In this document: positions 39,569 to 50,062 of the stretch, piece after piece
Layout: every line of letters starts with the position of its first letter
How positions within the stretch are numbered: position 1 is the first letter of the stretch
Assembly (NCBI GenBank): GCA_016928095.1
Contig: JAFGLL010000121.1
Span: 3,266-67,265 of the forward strand
Reading direction: 5' to 3'
DNA length: 64,000 nucleotides
Source: Thermoplasmatota archaeon
Lineage (GTDB): Archaea; Thermoplasmatota; Penumbrarchaeia; Penumbrarchaeales; Penumbrarchaeaceae
The notes under the pieces: model-generated
What the model saw: only the letters and a program-made list of their open reading frames with translations
The model's database searches: none
What the model was told of the DNA's origin: nothing
Translations under genes and position numbers: made by a program

Positions 39569-42196
39569 TCACTCCACCACGGTGGCTTCCACCACCTCGA
39601 CCCTTTCAGGTTCGCCCCCTCCGCCTGGAGCATCGTCTCCCAGTATGGAGGCGAGAGCATCATCCGCCTTCCTTATGATCTCCGGGTCCTCGGTGGGAAC
39701 AGCCACTCCGGATGCGGGGGCATCCGTTCCGGTCGAAGCAGAAGGTTCCCTGTCTGCGGGTTGTTTCTGACCCCCGACCGCTCCCTCGTCACCTTTCTTC
39801 TTCTCCTTTCCATGGAAGAACCTGTTGTAAACGATGTAGCCCACGATGGCCAGAACAATGACCACCACGGCTATGATGATGAGCGTCAAGTAATTGAAAG
39901 GAGTTCCATCATCCTTCTTTTCTATATAGATAGAGTAATCCAGGGAGTAAGTCCCCTTGGAAGAGGAGTATCTGACCTTGAGGGAGACAGCCCCCGGTTC
40001 TTCCACATCGTTGACCTTTATCTCACCTCTGGCAGTGAAAGACCCTCCCGGTTCCAGGACCCTTTCACCGGGGGTCAGGTTGACCGTGAGCTCCGGCGGG
40101 GCTTCCAGAGAGATGCTTATCGTCTCGTCCCTGTTACCCTTGTTGGAAAAGGTGAGGTTCAGGGGAACCGTCTGTTCTTCAACGGTGCTGACCGATGACC
40201 ATTCCCTCTCCGCCTTGATGTCGGAGACCTCCGGTATTATCACCTCGAGGTTCTTGGAGAACTGCCCTTCGGCTCCGGCATCTATGCCGACATCCATTCT
40301 GTATGGGTTACCAAGGTTCCAGAGTGCACCTGTCGCGGGGGTCACCGAGAGGTTCCAGAGCGATGAGGCCCCCGGTGAGAGTTCTATATCCTCGTAGTCG
40401 GAGCCGAGGTACCATCCTTCGGGACCATCGACCGTTATCCCTATCTGCAGGTCCTCCAGGGTCGGGTTGTATAGATCAAGGGAGAAGTAGACCTTCGAAT
40501 ACTTGATCGGATAATTGGTCCCAACCCTTCCGGAAACCTGCTTTTGATCCCCGGATCCGGCCTCTACCACATCCCTGGAACCATCCACGACCTTCAACGT
40601 GAAGTAGATCCACTTCTTCTCGGTTTCTCCCCTCGCCCTCACGTAGCTGCCGAACGGATGCGTCCCGAAGGGGCCTGTTGAAGAAGTGGTGACCATTACA
40701 TCCACGACCTCCTCGCCTGAAGCATTGACCTCGAACACATAGAGGCTCCCCTGGAGCTCACCATCTGTGGAGGAGTAGGAAACAGACCACGTGGTAGGAA
40801 GGCCCTCTGACGCCATCTCGAAGGTCTTGGTCGAGTTGAGGATGTTGATCACCCTGACCTGGAAGGTCCCTACGGATCCTGCAAAAAGCGGTCTTACCGT
40901 GTCTCCTATTGGTTCTATACCGTATGTTGCCACGCCGGTGACGGTGATCTTCCCCGTGGCGGTATAGGTCCTTTCCGCATTGCGGGATATTGCCTCGAAT
41001 GTGATGACATCTTCTTCCGAAAGCTGCGCTCTGAGAGGAACATAGACACGGAACTCGACACTGCTCGAGGACCCTCCGTCGATCTCGATGGTGTCGGGAA
41101 CATCAATGGACCACCCTTCGAGCGAGCCTGCCGAGAATTCCACCCTGTCGTTCGCATCGCCCCCGTTAAGCACCTCAAGCTGGAAGGTCACCGCATCCCC
41201 AGCATCGGCCTCCCTGTCGGGATTCTCCATGGTCAGGAACAGCCCCGGCCTCACTTCCAGAGAAGTCTCCCGGGTAACGGAGCATCCTGTGTTGCTTTCG
41301 GCGGTAATGAATATGTTGTATGTGTCGGAGGGGGTCCCCTCAGGAAGGATGTAAACATGTTCGAAGGTGGCATTTTCCTCCCCGCCCTGCTCCTCGGGCT
41401 CGCCCGTTACGTTGAGAAGGATACCGCCCTGGGAGGATATCATCAGGATGTTCATGGTATCGATATCGTACGCACCGAAAACAGAGCTTGCCTGGGCAAT
41501 GAGATCGATGGTCCGGGCCTCCTCGGGACCGTAGGGGATCACCTCTTTGACAGGCTGTCCGTTGGGGTCCAGGAGCCTGAGGGTCACATCACTGTCGGCT
41601 ATCGGCTCCCCGACAATGGACAGTGTGGTGTAGCCTCCGGTGAGGGTACCTGCGTAAGCAAAGGCCAGAGAAGGCGGGATGAGCTGCTGGGGTGTTCCCT
41701 GGAACGATATCCTTGTTCTTATCGTGGACCCTTTCTTCAATGTCATGGTGGGGGACGTTAGAGGGAGTTCGATGTCATCGTTCTCGATATCCTCGACCCC
41801 TGCCTCGGTGCCTGCTACCTTCAGGGAAGCCCCGGTTGCAGGGTCCATGAAGATTTCGACCCCCAGGCTCCATTCCCCCGCTATGATTGTGAGGTCCTGG
41901 ATGTGCAGGGTCAGGACACGTGCGCTACCGTCCGGTCTACCGGTGATGATCATGTCCCGCACCAGCGGGTAGGAGAGAACATACTCCAGCTCATCTCCGT
42001 TCCGCATGGCCTCCCCCACCTCGTTCGACCTGGAGGGCTCGGTATCCATGCTCATGTTGTCGTGAAGGTAGAGCTGGACCTCCACATCCTCTGCAGCAGA
42101 CTGCTCGCTCAGGAGCAGGAACATCAGGGTGGACGACAGGAATACGATAGCTATCAGAGCCGTCCCCCATCTTCTTGAACACGTCAATTCGACCAC
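39569..42196 (-). CDS. surface protein with tandem NEW3/Ig-like domains and C-terminal TM
   Basis: Signal peptide, repeated V.N.G...D....S....GW units, TM followed by KEKKK and an acidic tail. Confidence 0.85.
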   Translation of the reverse strand: MVELTCSRRWGTALIAIVFLSSTLMFLLLSEQSAAEDVEVQLYLHDNMSMDTEPSRSNEVGEAMRNGDELEYVLSYPLVRDMIITGRPDGSARVLTLHIQDLTIIAGEWSLGVEIFMDPATGASLKVAGTEAGVEDIENDDIELPLTSPTMTLKKGSTIRTRISFQGTPQQLIPPSLAFAYAGTLTGGYTTLSIVGEPIADSDVTLRLLDPNGQPVKEVIPYGPEEARTIDLIAQASSVFGAYDIDTMNILMISSQGGILLNVTGEPEEQGGEENATFEHVYILPEGTPSDTYNIFITAESNTGCSVTRETSLEVRPGLFLTMENPDREADAGDAVTFQLEVLNGGDANDRVEFSAGSLEGWSIDVPDTIEIDGGSSSSVEFRVYVPLRAQLSEEDVITFEAISRNAERTYTATGKITVTGVATYGIEPIGDTVRPLFAGSVGTFQVRVINILNSTKTFEMASEGLPTTWSVSYSSTDGELQGSLYVFEVNASGEEVVDVMVTTSSTGPFGTHPFGSYVRARGETEKKWIYFTLKVVDGSRDVVEAGSGDQKQVSGRVGTNYPIKYSKVYFSLDLYNPTLEDLQIGITVDGPEGWYLGSDYEDIELSPGASSLWNLSVTPATGALWNLGNPYRMDVGIDAGAEGQFSKNLEVIIPEVSDIKAEREWSSVSTVEEQTVPLNLTFSNKGNRDETISISLEAPPELTVNLTPGERVLEPGGSFTARGEIKVNDVEEPGAVSLKVRYSSSKGTYSLDYSIYIEKKDDGTPFNYLTLIIIAVVVIVLAIVGYIVYNRFFHGKEKKKGDEGAVGGQKQPADREPSASTGTDAPASGVAVPTEDPEIIRKADDALASILGDDAPGGGGEPERVEVVEATVVE

Positions 42197-42424
42197 CCCG
42201 TTAAACCTGTTAATGTGAACATGATTGCTGGACGTTTATATATTTCGGTGTATCCGCCCCTCCAACGGATGCAATTTCAGTCGATCTGAACTGTAATGAC
42301 CACTCGAAGATATCGCCGGATTGGTCCGTTGGCGACGATGATTGGATCTCCTCATCAACGGCCAGGGAAAACCTATTATCCGAACTACCTCTTATATCGG
42401 GTGACAGGTCTTGGAGTTGGATAA

Positions 42425-43009
42425 TTGGGTACGGTCATTGCTGCGGTGATGGTCTTTCTGATCGTGGTCGGGTCCATGCTGGCTATGAGGGGAGGGGAAG
42501 TGCTCAGGGGATTCGTCCGGTTGATGGGAGGATCGTTCCTTGGAGGTGCTGGAGCATACCTCGGTTTCAGGATAGGTGAGCTCTTTGGAGGTGAATGGAC
42601 CATGGCCTATGCCTTGTCGATGGGGGCCCTCGGGTTCCTGGTCGGATTCCTTTTCGGTACAAAACTTCTGCAGATCGTGCTTACCGTGACCGTCTTCGTC
42701 CTTGGGGCCGGGGTGGGGTATTTCGTGGCAGAAGAGCTGGGAGGGGACGGGTCCGTCCCGTTCCTTGCCGGCGTCGTCGTGGGGGTGGTAGGGGCATGGG
42801 TCCTATCATCCATAGCACGACGTCTTCTTCTGGCGGCCACCATAACCTTCGGATCCACCATGGTCAGCGCCGGTATCCTTGTCCTCCTGTTGAACGATAT
42901 ATCGGTAGAAGAGGCGGGGCTGATCTCCTTCGGGGCCTTCATAGTCCTTTCCCTTGCGGGTTTTCTCTTACATCGGGGGGAGATCTCAGGGATGGATGAT
43001 AAGAGATGA
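42425..43009 (+). CDS. Gly-rich polytopic membrane protein (DUF4203-like)
   Basis: About seven hydrophobic Gly-rich helices, TTG start, TTATAT element upstream. Confidence 0.75.
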   Translation: MGTVIAAVMVFLIVVGSMLAMRGGEVLRGFVRLMGGSFLGGAGAYLGFRIGELFGGEWTMAYALSMGALGFLVGFLFGTKLLQIVLTVTVFVLGAGVGYFVAEELGGDGSVPFLAGVVVGVVGAWVLSSIARRLLLAATITFGSTMVSAGILVLLLNDISVEEAGLISFGAFIVLSLAGFLLHRGEISGMDDKR

Positions 43010-43011
43010 GA

Positions 43012-46000
43012 TCACTCCTTCCCCTCGTCGTCGTGCTCCTTTCTGTAGAACAATGAGGCTATAAGGAGAACACCCATGATCATCGATACGGTGATGATAC
43101 CGGCAGTGGTGACCTCTCCCATATCCACATCATCGTCAACCGGGATCCCTTGGGGACCTGGGTCCATGACGGATACATCGCTCGTCAACATGCCCGTGGC
43201 TTGCCAGCTCTCCCTTTTCCCCGATGGATCAAGGGTCAGGCCTTCTGCGGTCACAGACAGCACGTAAAGACCTTTTTCAAGAGGCAGGTACATGACCACC
43301 GTTCTTGTCTCACCCGGACCCAGTCCGATAACGATCTCCTCCGATATCACGACCCCATCGGCCCGTTGCCCGTCATACAGGATCAGATGCAGTACCTCTA
43401 TCCTGGAGGATGTCGGATTGTGGACCTCCACGTTCAATGCCCCGGTATAACGGTCGCCGGTCATTGCCTGGCCCATGCTTTCAACGGATGCCACAGGATC
43501 GGTGATCACCATGAAATGGAGGTTGCATTCCTGTCTTGGTATATTGATGGAGGAAGCCCCCAGCACGATGTTAATATCATACCTGCCAGGACCGGCAGTT
43601 ATCTCATAGGACCAGTTCAGATACACATCCCCGCCCGGGCCCAGTTCATCTACGGGGACCTGGATATCCCCCTCCTTTCTATCGCTCATATGAGAGATCA
43701 CATGCCCCACCGAGAAAGAAAGCAGCATTCCCGAAAGACCTTCGGGCAGCCCCGGGGGGGCCGGATGATAGCTCACGTTAAGAGGCCATGGACCGACGTT
43801 CTCGATCCTGGCCTCCACCATGATCTCCGAACCCCCCCTTACGATCGGGGGGATGTCCTTACAGCTCAAGCTCAGGATGGGGAGGGAAATGACCGTCCTG
43901 TAATCCCGGCTCTCGGGTACGGGCAACCATGACGGGCCCTCCACCAATGCCTGGATATGGTTCACTCCGGGTGATAGGGTGATGTTCAATTCGGCAAGGA
44001 CGGTATCGTCTGCGGGGATATCCACAGTGGTATGGTTCAGTTCCTTTGTCAGGCCATCGCCTCTGAGGAACAGAGGCTCCAATGAGCGGTTCTGAAAGAC
44101 AAGAGGGGCCGAGGCCTCCGAACCGATCACCTTGACAGTTCTGGTCCCGGCGGGAACAGAACCCCAGTTCCTGATGGAAACCTTCACGCAAGCCGTTGGC
44201 GAGGACAGGTCCGATACAACAGGCTCCAGATCGAGTATCTCCAGGTCCGGAAGGGCGGGAAGGCTCGTGAACTTCTGCGAGGTATGGGCAGGTATGCCGG
44301 AAAGAGCGGGTACGGTCAGGACCGAGAGGCCCAGTTGGAATTCCTTCACGGATACGGTGAATCCCACCTGCTCCGTTTGACCTAGGGTGTGGAATTCAAG
44401 GACCTCTGAATCCCAGAGCTCCTGAGAGACCCCCCCGGTCTCCCGGTCCCTCAGTACCCGGTATAGGTCCGCGCGTACCATTCCCGAGGGCGTCAGTCCT
44501 CTGTAGGATACGGTTGCGGTCGCGATGACCATGGTCCCGGGTGTGACGTCAGTGTCCGAGACGGATAAGGATATGACCTCACCCCCCCACGACAGGTTAC
44601 GGACCGTGAACGCGGGCGAGGGTGGTCCGGACCGGTCATCCTCCAGGCCCGGGACCTCGATGAAACCCAGATCGAAGGTCGAGTCGGCCCGTCCCATTAT
44701 CGATGGGGACAGCTCGAGAGATGGGTCGCTGGTCAGCCGAAGAGGCTCCGTCCATCCATCCGATAACAGGTCCTTATTATTGGTCGAAACGTAAAGGTCC
44801 CCCCCGGTTCCCTCCCACACTCGCCAAATAGCATCGTATCTGCCTTCCGACCTGGCGATGATCCGGGATGATCCCATGAACCGGGTTGACGAGGTCACTT
44901 CCACCCGATCCTCGGGAGGATCGGAGGGTCGGGCCACGATCAGCCTGTAATGGTCTCCGGGTGTGGAGACGACAAGGACAAGATATGGATCGCTGTCCCG
45001 GATATCCGCGAACGACACCTCCTCCACGTACATGTTGTCCTCCATTTCGACCTCAAGAGAAGGGCCCCACCCATCGGACTCCGACCATGAACGATACCTC
45101 AACTTACCGTTTCCCGACAGCCATGCAACGTGGAGTACCCCATCGGTGTCGAACCAGAGGTCTGGCCTCTGATCGAGGACAGTATCCTCCGTGATCCTCT
45201 CCGGAGATGTCCATGTCCCCCCTTCCCAGAAAGATACCATGACCTCCCTGTCCTCCAGCGTGGTAGCGTCCCCGTCAAGGTCGCCGATGAAACATAATGC
45301 GGAACGTTCGTTCTCGTGGTCCGATGCCATGGAGGGGTGCTGCTCCAAAACATTTCCCGATGTGACCCTTGAAGGACTCCCGGTGAAGTTACCCTCCATG
45401 TCACCAGTGTGATAGAATAACCTCATGGAGTTCGACCTGTTGGTGATGCTTTCCTCGTAACCAGCCTCGGACCAGACCACAATAGGTATTCCGTCCCACA
45501 GATATTCGAGGTCCGGATGGGATTTGTATGTATTGTTCCGGTATACTTCGGATTCAACAATACCGTCCCTGTAGACCAGGTGGGTCGTATGTCCATCCCT
45601 TAAGGACAGCTCCAGCTGGCCTATGTTACCGGAGGGGGATAATGCAATATCGGTGCCGATCCCTTGGGGGTCGATCCCCCCGTCCTGAGGTGATACCCCA
45701 ATCTCAAGACCCATGTCATTGAGATAGAGGGAGGTCTCGAATGAGAGTTCTCCGGAACCTGACCGATCCAAACCAATTCCCTGGACCAGACAACTCCATG
45801 AAGCAGAAATGTTAATTATGAACCGGGGGTCGTCATAACCTGGAAGGGCCAGGGTACACATGGCCGTGGAGCTGCCCGATATATCGATATCCAAAGAGGA
45901 CTGGATCGGGCTGAAGTGACCGTCATCCCCCACTCCGAGGACCGTGGAGGCTTTCACATCTCCGTCCAATCCGAGCTCCGGCAATGGTAGCTCGATCGTA

Positions 46001-47160
46001 TCACCGAAAGCTCCGATCTCTCTGAGATTCCTCCCCATTGTCAGTACCGAAAGGTCCATGTTCATCGATATTGACCCTTCCATCTCGATGGTGAAACCGC
46101 CAGTTGAGGAAGGGATGAAAGACCTTCCCTCTTGAGGGATCATGAAGCGATACGAGGTGTTGGACGGACCAGTAAGTGAGGTGTCACCCCTGGATATCAG
46201 GGTGGTTGTACCATCAAGAAGTATGTAGGCAGAGAAGAAAATCTCCCCGCTGTCGCCGTTCAGCATCATATCGCCCACATCATCCATCCTGTCGGAGCTC
46301 GTGGATATAAGGCTGGGACCAATGTCCAGCTTGCCGCTCAGGACATACGATGAAAGGTCCGTGTCGAAATAGGAGTGCCTACGGTCAAGGTCCTCATACC
46401 AGACAGGAGTATCGGAAACCCGTACCAGGCATGACCTCCTGGGAAGAGGATATCCTCCGTAAGTGGAATTAATTGTCAGAGTGTGGTTGCCCGGGGGCAA
46501 TGTTCCGGCGTCGAAGGAGGCCCGGAACATGTTACCGGAGAACCTCGTGCCGTATTCGAGGAAATGACCTTCTACAGTTGCATAGACCCTGATGATGGAA
46601 GGGTCCTCAACATCCTGAAAGAACATATCAAGCTCCACGATGTTCTCGATCCCCGTGATGTATTCACCGAGAACATCCGGGTCCTGGTCCCCGTCCTGAA
46701 CGGAGGAGACCCCTCCGAGATAGGGGATCGATATTGTCAGCGACCTTACGTTGTTGCTCTCTCTCAGCTCTCTTTCTGCCCCGTCGGTATCGACCACCGC
46801 GGTCATCAGGTGGGTCCCGGGGTTATCAGGGACCCATTTGAACTCCTTGGTGAACTCCATTCCCGGAGCCAGCGGTAGAAGGGGAAATGTGACGACAACG
46901 GTCTTGTTGGTCATGGACCCATCCTCCAGGTCCATGACGACCACACCCACATCGACCGATGATGATAAACCGAGGTTCTTAATCCCGATGACCCCTTTAT
47001 AACCGTCCTTTGTAGGTGTCATCGAAAGCCCGGTGATCGAGAGGTCCGGAGCTCCGTCCATCCGGTCCGAAGCCTGGACCATGGTAATGACAGGCAAGAT
47101 GATCAAAAGAAGGACCGCAAGGGTCGCAGAGGACAGGGCCCACCCATGGTGATCGCTCAT
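43012..47160 (-). CDS. giant surface protein with CARDB domains, beta-propeller-like core and C-terminal TM
   Basis: ATG 47160 follows a GGGGG SD. Signal peptide, PDLSIT...IKNLG...VDTD...ERELRESNN (CARDB), repeated W..P.R.T.D....P motifs, TM followed by RK. Confidence 0.85.
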   Translation of the reverse strand: MSDHHGWALSSATLAVLLLIILPVITMVQASDRMDGAPDLSITGLSMTPTKDGYKGVIGIKNLGLSSSVDVGVVVMDLEDGSMTNKTVVVTFPLLPLAPGMEFTKEFKWVPDNPGTHLMTAVVDTDGAERELRESNNVRSLTISIPYLGGVSSVQDGDQDPDVLGEYITGIENIVELDMFFQDVEDPSIIRVYATVEGHFLEYGTRFSGNMFRASFDAGTLPPGNHTLTINSTYGGYPLPRRSCLVRVSDTPVWYEDLDRRHSYFDTDLSSYVLSGKLDIGPSLISTSSDRMDDVGDMMLNGDSGEIFFSAYILLDGTTTLISRGDTSLTGPSNTSYRFMIPQEGRSFIPSSTGGFTIEMEGSISMNMDLSVLTMGRNLREIGAFGDTIELPLPELGLDGDVKASTVLGVGDDGHFSPIQSSLDIDISGSSTAMCTLALPGYDDPRFIINISASWSCLVQGIGLDRSGSGELSFETSLYLNDMGLEIGVSPQDGGIDPQGIGTDIALSPSGNIGQLELSLRDGHTTHLVYRDGIVESEVYRNNTYKSHPDLEYLWDGIPIVVWSEAGYEESITNRSNSMRLFYHTGDMEGNFTGSPSRVTSGNVLEQHPSMASDHENERSALCFIGDLDGDATTLEDREVMVSFWEGGTWTSPERITEDTVLDQRPDLWFDTDGVLHVAWLSGNGKLRYRSWSESDGWGPSLEVEMEDNMYVEEVSFADIRDSDPYLVLVVSTPGDHYRLIVARPSDPPEDRVEVTSSTRFMGSSRIIARSEGRYDAIWRVWEGTGGDLYVSTNNKDLLSDGWTEPLRLTSDPSLELSPSIMGRADSTFDLGFIEVPGLEDDRSGPPSPAFTVRNLSWGGEVISLSVSDTDVTPGTMVIATATVSYRGLTPSGMVRADLYRVLRDRETGGVSQELWDSEVLEFHTLGQTEQVGFTVSVKEFQLGLSVLTVPALSGIPAHTSQKFTSLPALPDLEILDLEPVVSDLSSPTACVKVSIRNWGSVPAGTRTVKVIGSEASAPLVFQNRSLEPLFLRGDGLTKELNHTTVDIPADDTVLAELNITLSPGVNHIQALVEGPSWLPVPESRDYRTVISLPILSLSCKDIPPIVRGGSEIMVEARIENVGPWPLNVSYHPAPPGLPEGLSGMLLSFSVGHVISHMSDRKEGDIQVPVDELGPGGDVYLNWSYEITAGPGRYDINIVLGASSINIPRQECNLHFMVITDPVASVESMGQAMTGDRYTGALNVEVHNPTSSRIEVLHLILYDGQRADGVVISEEIVIGLGPGETRTVVMYLPLEKGLYVLSVTAEGLTLDPSGKRESWQATGMLTSDVSVMDPGPQGIPVDDDVDMGEVTTAGIITVSMIMGVLLIASLFYRKEHDDEGKE

Positions 47161-47294
47161 CCCCCTTGGATGAAATGATGTGATAATATAATTTCTGGCA
47201 GGTCGCAGGGGGGAGGCCATACTACATCTTTTAATAGCAAAACAACTTTCGGGCCTTGCTGTCCCCTTAGGGCAGGTACCTAGGAGGAACCTCC

Positions 47295-47771
47295 ATGACA
47301 GAAAAGATCGAAGCACTGGTTGACGGCGGAAAAGCATCCGCAGGGCCACCGCTGGGCCCGGCACTGGGACCTCTCGGTGTCAACATCGGCCAGATCGTGG
47401 GCGAGATCAATCAGAGGACCAAGGATTTCGTCGGAATGAAAGTACCCGTGACCATCATCATTGACCCGAAGACCAAAGAGTTCTCGATAACCGTTGGAAC
47501 ACCACCTACCTCCTCCCTCCTCCTTCAGGAGATGGGACGGGAGAAGGGGCCCGGAAGCGCTCAGGACACCGTGGACATCCCCATCGAGAAGGTCATCAAG
47601 GTGGCGAGGATGAAACGCCAGAATATGCTGGCCATCTCTCTGGAAACTGCGGTCAAGGAGGTTCTGGGAACCGCTATATCGCTGCATGCGACCGTCGATG
47701 GAAAACCCCCCATGGAGGTACAAAAGCTTATAAACGAGGGCAAATATGCAGCCCTCCTCAGCTCTAAATGA
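47295..47771 (+). CDS. rpl11: 50S ribosomal protein uL11
   Basis: GGKASAGPPLGPALGPLG, GTPPTS, KEVLGT. Confidence 0.98.
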   Translation: MTEKIEALVDGGKASAGPPLGPALGPLGVNIGQIVGEINQRTKDFVGMKVPVTIIIDPKTKEFSITVGTPPTSSLLLQEMGREKGPGSAQDTVDIPIEKVIKVARMKRQNMLAISLETAVKEVLGTAISLHATVDGKPPMEVQKLINEGKYAALLSSK

Positions 47772-47790
47772 GCTTGAACCAGAAGAAGCA

Positions 47791-47848
47791 TCCGATGTAG
47801 GAGGAGCAATGGTCCGATATGACCGCCTCCGCCTAACTACACGGGGTG
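47791..47848 (+). promoter_or_regulatory. putative uL1-binding autoregulatory RNA element in the rpl1 leader
   Basis: UGUAG-GA-GGAG...CUCC-GCCUAA-CUACA asymmetric internal loop, with a basal stem extending into the GGGGUG SD. Confidence 0.7.
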
Positions 47849-47854
47849 TGTATC

Positions 47855-48499
47855 ATGGCAGAAGAGAAGATCATCAAAGCAGTGACCGAAGCCCTGCAGA
47901 AGGCCCCGGAACGCAAGTTCCAGGAATCCGTGGAGCTGGCCATAAATCTCAAGGATGTCGATCTCGCGAACCCCAAGAACAGGATCACCGATGAGGTGAT
48001 ACTCCCCAAAGGAAGGGGAAAAGCTGTCAAGGTGGGACTTTTCGGCTCGCCGGAGATGGTGACCAAGGCAAAGGGTGTAGCTGACCTGATAATCGGAGCC
48101 GAGGAGGTAGCCAAGATGGCCGAGGATAAATCCGAGACCAAGAAGAAGGTCAACGGGATTGATTTCTTCGTTGCTGAGGCACCTCTGATGGCAGTGGTGG
48201 GTAAGAACCTCGGTGTGATATTGGGTCCACGAGGAAAGATGCCCAGGCCCCTACCCCCGGGTTCGGACCCGGCGATCATCATCGCCAATCTTAGAAAGAC
48301 CGTGAAGGTCCGATCGAAGGACCGCAGGACCTTCCACGTCCCTGTAGGGACAAGGGACATGACCCCTTCGGACATATCGGCCAACATCGAATCCGTCCTA
48401 AACAGGATCAAGTCAAAGTTGGAGCGCGGCTACATGAACATCCATTCGGTCTACGTCAAGACTTCGATGGGACCGGCTGTGAGGATAGACCTGAGGTGA
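47855..48499 (+). CDS. rpl1: 50S ribosomal protein uL1
   Basis: RKFQESVELAINLKDVD, LGPRGKMP, VYVKTSMGP. Confidence 0.98.
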   Translation: MAEEKIIKAVTEALQKAPERKFQESVELAINLKDVDLANPKNRITDEVILPKGRGKAVKVGLFGSPEMVTKAKGVADLIIGAEEVAKMAEDKSETKKKVNGIDFFVAEAPLMAVVGKNLGVILGPRGKMPRPLPPGSDPAIIIANLRKTVKVRSKDRRTFHVPVGTRDMTPSDISANIESVLNRIKSKLERGYMNIHSVYVKTSMGPAVRIDLR

Positions 48500-48504
48500 G
48501 GATC

Positions 48505-49527
48505 GTGACGCATGTGGCTGATTGGAAGAAGGATGTCGTCAACGAGCTCGAGGGGATCATCAGGGACCACAGCACCGTAGCTGTTGTTAAGATCGACAGG
48601 ATCCCTGGTGTCCAGATGCAGAACATCAGGGCGAAGCTTCGCGACCAGATGACCATCAAGGTCGCAAAGAAGAACCTGATCAGGATAGCCTTCGACAGCT
48701 TGAAAGGTGAGAAAGCAGGCATCGAAAAGCTCGATGACCTTGTGGACGGCCAGGCAGCTGTCCTGGGTACGAACCTCAACCCTTACACGCTTTTCAAGAT
48801 ATTGGGTCAGAACATACAACCTATGCCGGCCAAGGGAGGCGAGGAAGCACCCGAGGACATTGTCGTCCCCGCAGGAGAGACCTCTTTTCCCCCTGGACCT
48901 ATCGTGGGTGAGTTCGGAAAGGCCGGTATTCCCGCTGCCATCGATAAGGGCAAGGTGGTGATCAGGAAGACCGTCACCCCCGTAAAGCAGGGCGGTATCA
49001 TTTCAAAGGAGGTCGCCTTCGCCCTGACCAAGCTCGAGATCTTTCCGTTCAGGGTAGGGATCGTCCTTGACGGTGCATGGGAGGACGGGGAGATATACCG
49101 ACCCAAAGACCTTGACATAGACATGGACGCTTACAGGTCGCAAATGACCTATGGGGCCCAGATGGCTCTCAATCTGGCGGTATTCACTGCTTATGTGACA
49201 CCGCTCACTGCAGTACCCATACTGCAGAAAGCAAGGATCGAGGCTTTCAATCTGGCCGTGTTCGCGGGTATCCTCAACAGGGACACCGCGGACCTGATAC
49301 TCTCCAAGGCCTACGGAGGCATGCTCGCCTTGGCGAGGTTGATGAGCGCGGAAGCGCTCGACAACGACCTCCAGGGTATTCTCGAAGGGGCCGCTGCGGC
49401 CCGACAGGAAAATGCACCTGCAGCCCCCAAGGATAAGAAGGTCGAGGAGAGTAAGGAAAAGGAAACCGAGGAAGCGACCCCCACCGAAGAGGATGGAATG
49501 GCCGGACTTGGTGCACTTTTCGGATAA
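48505..49527 (+). CDS. rpl10: 50S ribosomal protein uL10/P0
   Basis: HVADWKK, QMQNIR, GETSFPPGP, acidic tail ending GLGALFG. GTG start after GAGGTGAGG. Confidence 0.97.
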   Translation: MTHVADWKKDVVNELEGIIRDHSTVAVVKIDRIPGVQMQNIRAKLRDQMTIKVAKKNLIRIAFDSLKGEKAGIEKLDDLVDGQAAVLGTNLNPYTLFKILGQNIQPMPAKGGEEAPEDIVVPAGETSFPPGPIVGEFGKAGIPAAIDKGKVVIRKTVTPVKQGGIISKEVAFALTKLEIFPFRVGIVLDGAWEDGEIYRPKDLDIDMDAYRSQMTYGAQMALNLAVFTAYVTPLTAVPILQKARIEAFNLAVFAGILNRDTADLILSKAYGGMLALARLMSAEALDNDLQGILEGAAAARQENAPAAPKDKKVEESKEKETEEATPTEEDGMAGLGALFG

Positions 49528-49560
49528 GAGCGAAGATCAAGAAAGAAGGAGGAAAAAAAC

Positions 49561-49878
49561 ATGGAATACATCTATGGCGCCCTTCTGCTTCATTCCGCTG
49601 GCAAGCAGATAAACGAGGACGGTCTCAAGAAGGTCCTCGAGGCTGCTGGTGTGGCCGTCGAGCCCGCCAGGGTGAAGGCAGTGGTCACCTCACTCGATGG
49701 AGTTAACATCGAGGAGGCCATGAAGACCGCTATCGCAGCACCCGTAGCATCCGCTCCTGCTGCCGCTTCTGCGGCTCCTGCCGAGGAAAAGAAGAAGAAG
49801 GAAGAGAAGAAGGAAGAGGAAGAAGCTGGACCGACCGAGGAAGAGGCAATGGCTGGACTCGGTGCACTCTTCGGCTGA
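49561..49878 (+). CDS. rpl12: ribosomal stalk protein aP1/L12
   Basis: [11 protein letters not shown], Ala-rich hinge, ends GLGALFG. Confidence 0.98.
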   Translation: MEYIYGALLLHSAGKQINEDGLKKVLEAAGVAVEPARVKAVVTSLDGVNIEEAMKTAIAAPVASAPAAASAAPAEEKKKKEEKKEEEEAGPTEEEAMAGLGALFG

Positions 49879-49900
49879 ACTCGACAGGAATATTAAATAC

Positions 49901-49937
49901 GGGGTGGGGTCACCCCCACCCCCTTCTTAATTTTTTT
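49901..49937 (+). terminator. GC hairpin + T-tract after the ribosomal operon
   Basis: GGGGTGGGG-TCAC-CCCCACCCC followed by CTTCTTAATTTTTTT. Confidence 0.75.
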
Positions 49938-50062
49938 AAGTTAATTCCCCCAAGGTTGGGATCTGTTCTGATCCTTAAAGTGAATTTTTAATTTTAAATC
50001 CAAATATCATCTGAAAATGGTCTAATATGCCCTGAAAGGATATATTCCCCGGCAGGGAAGAG

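Noticed and set aside
47161-47294. Absence of spt5/secE/ftsZ upstream of rpl11
   Set aside because: As I recall, this split also occurs in other Thermoplasmata, so it is not unusual.
49480-49878. Near-repeat of the 3' ends of rpl10 and rpl12 ([13 protein letters not shown])
   Set aside because: Known shared C-terminal motif of archaeal stalk proteins.
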